IMG/VR virus record: IMGVR_UViG_3300047476_000161
Span: 1-61,650 of that record
From: a virus
Lineage: Duplodnaviria > Caudoviricetes
Length of the DNA: 61,650 nt
Reading direction: 5' to 3' (one strand)
In this document: piece after piece, positions 56,970-61,650 of the stretch
Layout of the letters: each line of letters starts with the position of its first letter
How positions within the stretch are numbered: the first letter of the stretch is position 1
The notes under the pieces: model-generated
Database searches by the model: none
What the model saw: the letters and a program-made list of their open reading frames with translations, nothing else
Told to the model about the DNA's origin: nothing
Position numbers and translations under genes: made by a program

Positions 56970-57491
56970 TTAACCCCTAATATCTGCGCCAGTTACTAGC
57001 TCTGCTGGCTCTTCGTCGAACATATCTCGTTCGATTTGGCTAGTAGTTTGCTTGATGTACTGGATAATTCTATTAGAAACTTCTACTGACTTAGTGTAGT
57101 CCTCGATTGGTAGTAGGGCCATTTTAGTTAAAGTTTCTTGACTGATTTTATCAGTCGTTAGAACTTCTATTGCGGCGGCACGGCCTAATGTTTCTGCCCA
57201 GTGGTCGCCTTCTTCTGCTTCTAAGTTGTCTAGTACGTTAGCTAATTGTTCTTCATCAAATTGACCAAGGAAAGAATCAATTTGTGCAAGACGCTTAGTA
57301 ACATCATCGGCGTAGCGGCTACTTGCTGCTTCTACGCCAAATTCGCTTACTTGACGTTCTAATTCTTCTTTTTCAACTAGCAAGTCACGTACTTGGCGTG
57401 CTGCTGAGTTTGATGCTCCTACAACAAAATTATCAAATTCATATTGTGTACGGCCGATTGGAACGTTTTTAAGTAATTTTTTGGTATCCAT
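56970..57491 (-). CDS. Hypothetical helical protein, 173 aa
   Basis: RTQYEFDNFV, HWAETLGRAAAIE; one base from the glycosyltransferase start. Confidence 0.75.
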   Translation of the reverse strand: MDTKKLLKNVPIGRTQYEFDNFVVGASNSAARQVRDLLVEKEELERQVSEFGVEAASSRYADDVTKRLAQIDSFLGQFDEEQLANVLDNLEAEEGDHWAETLGRAAAIEVLTTDKISQETLTKMALLPIEDYTKSVEVSNRIIQYIKQTTSQIERDMFDEEPAELVTGADIRG

Positions 57492-57549
57492 AAGTCTGAG
57501 TGTCCTTTATGCTTATTTTATGACTATATTTACTGTGTTGTCAATATCT

Positions 57550-57583
57550 AAAAAAATAGCTAGTGTATTTCTACACTAGCTAT
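57550..57583 (-). terminator. Rho-independent terminator
   Basis: atagctagtgta/tacactagctat stem with an A7 run. Confidence 0.85.
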
Positions 57584-57602
57584 CAGTTTACTACGTATTA
57601 GA

Positions 57603-57818
57603 TTAGTAAGTACCTGGATATGGGCGACCACCGAAGCTTGAGCTTAGTGGTGCTTGTCCGGAAATTGGATCAATATCGTCAGCACCTGTTGTTGGGTTGC
57701 GCTTTCTACGACTTTGACCTAATGTTCCGCGAAGGCCTGCTTGACCTGATAAGTTTAACGCATTTCTGACTCGGCCCATAGCGATTGTTGTACCTGTTGC
57801 TGGGAAAAAACCTGGCAT
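57603..57818 (-). CDS. Small Gly-rich fibre-associated protein, 71 aa
   Basis: AAGGA SD, TAAATA boxes, own terminator; directly after an S74-bearing fibre. Confidence 0.65.
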   Translation of the reverse strand: MPGFFPATGTTIAMGRVRNALNLSGQAGLRGTLGQSRRKRNPTTGADDIDPISGQAPLSSSFGGRPYPGTY

Positions 57819-57896
57819 AATTTCTTGTTCCTTTACTAGATATATTTAGCAAGTGACGCTGGGCCACTTGCTATTTATGCTCTACTTAACCAAGAA

Positions 57897-59789
57897 TTAC
57901 TTCTTTAGTTTAGCAACTTCTGCAGATAATTCTGCTATCTGTACTTGCTGAGCCTTGATTGCTTCAATTAGAACACCAACGATGTTACCGTAAGCAACAC
58001 TGTGGATATCTGCTTGTTCATCATAGTTAACTACTTGTGGTAGTACTTCCTTGACTTCTTGAGCAATAACACCAACGCTAGCCTTACCGTCTTGAATACG
58101 ATCGAATGTAACACCGCGCATCTTTGTTACGATGTCTAGTGCGTTTTCGATTGTCTTGACGTTAGTCTTAACCTTAGCATCAGAGTAAGCAGTTAGTTCG
58201 CCTGTTGCAATGAATGTACCATTGCTTTGCATTACGAACTGGCTACCTGCATCACTTGCTGTACCGAAGTGGAAGCCAATACTGTCAGAGCCGCCACGGC
58301 CGGAAGTACCCTGGAAGTAGCTCAAACCGTAACCGTCTGCGTTACCGAAGCTCCAAATACGATTACGTGCGCCGCCTACATATGCAGTTGTTTGATAACC
58401 GCCTGCAGATGACATAACACCAGTTGCCGTTACGTTATTAGAGATGAAGCTAGCGTTGTTATAAGTACGAACGTTGCCTACTTCAGTTGCGTAGATACCT
58501 ACTGCATAACTTTCGTTATACCAACCTGTTTGTCCAGAGCTACGGAACCAGTTACCGCAAGAGAAACTACCTGAATATAAGTAGTCGCTACTTGGGTTGC
58601 AATAAATGCCGCCAGTACCATAAACGCTATTACCAGAACCCCATAGCATTTGGTATGTGCTGTTACTATCGTTGTTGTAGTTGATAGTAACTTGACCTGC
58701 TGTAGCAGCAGAGCTTGCACTTGTTGCAGAACCTGCAGATGTAGCATACGTTGCAGTACTTGCATTGCCGTTTAATGTAGCAGTAATTGTACCTGCGTTA
58801 AAGTTACCGTTTGCATCACGTGCTACAATATGGTTTGCATTACTAGCAACAGATGCTTGCACTGCTAAAGTAATAGAACTTGAACTAGTTTGGTTAGCAG
58901 TAAATGAGCCGCCACCTGTTAAGTATGAACCTGCTGTAATAGTTTGTGTGCCGTTACCAATTGTTAGAGCAGAAATAGCTGCGCTTAGTTCAGCGTCAGT
59001 TGCCATAGCATTTTGAATTTCTGCTAAAGTGTCGTATGCCGCACTAGCACCGTTAACTAGGTTAGAAATCGCAGTGTCAACATATGTTGTACTTGCTGCA
59101 CCACTTACGTCTGCTACTGCTAGAGTAACTGCGCCAGTTTTACCAGCTACGCTTGTTACAGGGAAAGCAATGCTTGAATTGCTTGCACTAGTAACGCGAC
59201 CTTTTGCATCGACTGTTATGCTACTAACTTGTGTACCAGAGCCATATGTGCCTGCTGTTACACCACTGTTAGCTAGTGTTAATGTGATGCCCGTTGTACC
59301 AGAACCTGTTGCATCGCCTGTGACGCTGATGCTTTGGTTGCCAGTTAAGTATGCGCTGTTAGAGCCTGCTGTTACGTGACCATATGCGTTAACTGTAACG
59401 TTGTTGTATGTACCTGCTGTTACGCCACTGTTAGTATGGGTAATAGTTTGGTTACTGCTTAGAGAGCCACCACCGCTTAGAGCGCCTGTACCAGTAACGG
59501 TTGTAGTTGTAGCAACTTTACCTGCTAGGCTGTTTGTAACAGTTGTTGCAAAGCTAGCGTCGTTGCCTAACGCTGTTGCTAATTCATTTAATGTATCTAA
59601 TGCTGCTGGTGCACTTGCTACTAAGTTTGCAACTTTAGTATCTGTATATGTATTTGCGCTAGTTTTAGCAGAGTCTACATATGCTTTTGTTGCTGCATCT
59701 TGACTGTTTACTGGATCTGTAACGTTAGTAATTGTATTATTATTGTTATCTAGACCCTTCTGAGCCATAAATCGCTTTTGATTTGCCAT
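57897..59789 (-). CDS. Tail fibre, 630 aa, with C-terminal peptidase S74 chaperone
   Basis: AATKAYVD, APAALDTLNELATALGND, GVTAGTY repeats; YSDAKVKTN...GVIAQEV...LIEAIK. Confidence 0.85.
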   Translation of the reverse strand: MANQKRFMAQKGLDNNNNTITNVTDPVNSQDAATKAYVDSAKTSANTYTDTKVANLVASAPAALDTLNELATALGNDASFATTVTNSLAGKVATTTTVTGTGALSGGGSLSSNQTITHTNSGVTAGTYNNVTVNAYGHVTAGSNSAYLTGNQSISVTGDATGSGTTGITLTLANSGVTAGTYGSGTQVSSITVDAKGRVTSASNSSIAFPVTSVAGKTGAVTLAVADVSGAASTTYVDTAISNLVNGASAAYDTLAEIQNAMATDAELSAAISALTIGNGTQTITAGSYLTGGGSFTANQTSSSSITLAVQASVASNANHIVARDANGNFNAGTITATLNGNASTATYATSAGSATSASSAATAGQVTINYNNDSNSTYQMLWGSGNSVYGTGGIYCNPSSDYLYSGSFSCGNWFRSSGQTGWYNESYAVGIYATEVGNVRTYNNASFISNNVTATGVMSSAGGYQTTAYVGGARNRIWSFGNADGYGLSYFQGTSGRGGSDSIGFHFGTASDAGSQFVMQSNGTFIATGELTAYSDAKVKTNVKTIENALDIVTKMRGVTFDRIQDGKASVGVIAQEVKEVLPQVVNYDEQADIHSVAYGNIVGVLIEAIKAQQVQIAELSAEVAKLKK

Positions 59790-59813
59790 TGTTTTGATTC
59801 ACTTTCCTCAAAT

Positions 59814-59840
59814 AAACTAGGGTACTCTGTACCTTAGTTT
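59814..59840 (-). terminator. Terminator-like hairpin between fibre genes
   Basis: aaactagggtac/gtaccttagttt imperfect inverted repeat. Confidence 0.55.
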
Positions 59841-59846
59841 GGCTTA

Positions 59847-61650
59847 TTAGACTGATACTACAGTCTTCATTACTTTGAATGTTGTAGCTGCGTTTACCGG
59901 AGTTACTAACAGACGAACGTTACCGATTTGTAAATCAGCATCGAATTCTGCTAGATCTGCTCCTGTTGAAACGTTAGCGTACTCTACCATAGATACTGTA
60001 GAACCGTCGTGAATTAATAGTAATTCAACTGACTGGTATGCAGTGCCACTAGTAGCTTGAATTAAATACTTAACAGTACGGTATGCAGATCCGTTAAAGA
60101 TGTCCAGGACCTGATTTGCTGTTGTAGCACTAGTTGTTAAGCTAGCTGTATCGATACTACCGAAACCATCAACTGTAATGCTTGTTGTTGTTAAGCCACC
60201 GTTGAATGTAACTGCTGTACTTGTGCTTGCACCGCGACCTGTTACAGTTGCTAGTGTATCGCTTTCTACTGTTAGGTAGCTACTTAGGCTTGGAGGTGTA
60301 AATGTTAGAACACCTGTTGAGCTGTTGTATGCTAGGCTACCAGAACCGCTAGCGGCTGCTGTAGTTGTACTAATACTTGCACGAGCGCGAGCCTGTGTGA
60401 AGTATAGGTTTGTTGTACCTTCTACTACTGCATCTGTAGAACCAGGTGCTGCTGAAATTTCAACATAAGCACTGCCGCCCCAACGATATGTTTTACCTGT
60501 ATCTAGAGCAACATAGATCTTACCAGATTCGCCAGTTACTGGGAAACCACCAGTTGCTGCTGCTTCTACTACGTCGTCAACATAGCTAGGTAGTTGAGCT
60601 GCTGGCACTTTACCTGTTGCGTCTAGACTTGCATAACCATTAGCAACGCCTTTGTTTGCGCTGTTTTCTGGAGTAAAGCCAAGAGCACTTGTTATATCGC
60701 TAGACTGTAGTGTAACTGCACCAGTACGACCAAATACGCTAGTGACTGGAGTTGTGTAGCTGATTACACCTGTAATGCTGTCATATGATAAGCTACCGCT
60801 AACACTGATAGATGAACGAGCACGTGCTGTAGTGAAGTACTTGTTAGTTACATCTTCGCTTACATCCGCAGTACTTAGTGTAACTGCGCCTGTCTTACCT
60901 GCAACTGAAGTTACTGGATAAGCAATAGCTGTATTAGTTGCGCTTGTTACACGGCCTTGAGCATCGACTGTTACAGTGCTTACACTAGTACTTGTACCGT
61001 ATGTGCCTGCGCCAACACCTGTACTAGTTAAGCTAAAGCCGATTCTGTTTGCTGCGTCATCGTAAGATGCAGTAATACCAGAGTGTACACCAGAAGTGAT
61101 ACTACCTGCTGCTGCGTCCATTGCTGCTTCGGCAAAGTCAGTAATACTTGCGCTTGTTACGCTAACTGTGTTAGTTGTTACGCTTGTTACACGGCCTTTT
61201 GCATCTACAGTGATTGCTGGAATACTTGCAGCATTACCGTATGTACCTGCTGTTACACCGCTAGCTGCTAGAGTTGCGGAAATTGTAACACCTGCACTAC
61301 CGTCAAATGTAGCTGAACCTGTTGCGTCACCGCTTAGAGCGATGCTGCGGCCTGTTGCTAGTTTTGTAGCTGTATCTGCATTGCCTGTTAGTGCACCAGT
61401 GAAGCTAGTAGAAGAAACACTTGTTAGACCTGCTAATGTTGTGCTTGAACCGCCTAGACTGATTGCTGTTGTACCAACTGTTACGCTGCTGTTTGATAAG
61501 CTGCTGTTTGGAATTGCACTTGCGCTGATTACACCAGTTGTGCTGTTGTAGCTGATACCTGTACCTGCGCTTACTGTTGCACGTGCCATTGCATCAGTGT
61601 ACTGGGTGATTGTACTGCTGATTACACCAGTTGTGCTGTTGTAGCTGATA
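59847..61650 (-). CDS. Tail fibre-like protein, 5' end outside the window
   Basis: Same repeat vocabulary as the other fibres; frame stays open from 61589 to the window edge. Confidence 0.85.
   Translation of the reverse strand, partial: ISYNSTTGVISSTITQYTDAMARATVSAGTGISYNSTTGVISASAIPNSSLSNSSVTVGTTAISLGGSSTTLAGLTSVSSTSFTGALTGNADTATKLATGRSIALSGDATGSATFDGSAGVTISATLAASGVTAGTYGNAASIPAITVDAKGRVTSVTTNTVSVTSASITDFAEAAMDAAAGSITSGVHSGITASYDDAANRIGFSLTSTGVGAGTYGTSTSVSTVTVDAQGRVTSATNTAIAYPVTSVAGKTGAVTLSTADVSEDVTNKYFTTARARSSISVSGSLSYDSITGVISYTTPVTSVFGRTGAVTLQSSDITSALGFTPENSANKGVANGYASLDATGKVPAAQLPSYVDDVVEAAATGGFPVTGESGKIYVALDTGKTYRWGGSAYVEISAAPGSTDAVVEGTTNLYFTQARARASISTTTAAASGSGSLAYNSSTGVLTFTPPSLSSYLTVESDTLATVTGRGASTSTAVTFNGGLTTTSITVDGFGSIDTASLTTSATTANQVLDIFNGSAYRTVKYLIQATSGTAYQSVELLLIHDGSTVSMVEYANVSTGADLAEFDADLQIGNVRLLVTPVNAATTFKVMKTVVSV
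61524..61650. repeat. Perfect 34-bp direct repeat, 93-bp period, running into the window edge
   Basis: gctgattacaccagttgtgctgttgtagctgata at 61524-61557 and 61617-61650. Confidence 0.85.

Noticed and set aside
51983-61551. Many + strand ORFs inside the fibre genes
   Set aside because: Antisense read-outs of Thr/Gly/Ala/Val codon repeats
50980-61650. Diversity-generating retroelement or invertase-driven fibre switching
   Set aside because: No reverse transcriptase or recombinase in the window; repeats are direct and differences are not adenine-specific
1-61650. Alternative genetic code, tRNA/rRNA genes or prophage features
   Set aside because: Genes are intact under code 11, intergenic gaps are short and mostly explained by promoters and terminators, and no integrase or host genes were seen; a tRNAscan/Infernal run would be needed to exclude small RNAs fully

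Overview
A 61.6-kb, gene-dense fragment of a large lytic dsDNA myovirus, distantly T4-related and probably a jumbo phage. Standard genetic code, most genes on the - strand. It carries nucleotide metabolism genes (nrdA, nrdB, glutaredoxin, dNMP kinase, 5'-nucleotidase, Nudix, MTA/SAH nucleosidase) and T4-like replication/recombination genes (gp41-like helicase, gp61-like primase, UvsW, UvsX, UvsY, gp32 SSB, gp62-like subunit, PD-(D/E)xK exonuclease). Morphogenesis genes include TerL, a probable TerS, gp4, gp13/14/15, sheath, tube and three repeat-built tail fibres, two with S74 chaperones. Auxiliary genes include an ErpA/IscA Fe-S carrier, a fatty-acid desaturase, three Fe(II)/2OG-type cupins and a GT2 glycosyltransferase. 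Two promoter systems are readable: sigma70-type promoters, several being near-identical 34-35 bp repeats that bound small gene cassettes, and a TAAATA late box. The most interesting items are a 189-aa 'mini-DnaE' retaining all three C-family catalytic aspartate motifs inside a replication operon; a late block of probable capsid-packaged, protease-processed proteins including a ligase-fold enzyme; promoter-repeat cassettes; apparently leaderless core genes; and a possible virion hydroxylation/glycosylation set. No tRNA, rRNA, CRISPR array, integrase, transposase, intron or intein was recognised. All calls come from reading motifs by eye; no database search was run.
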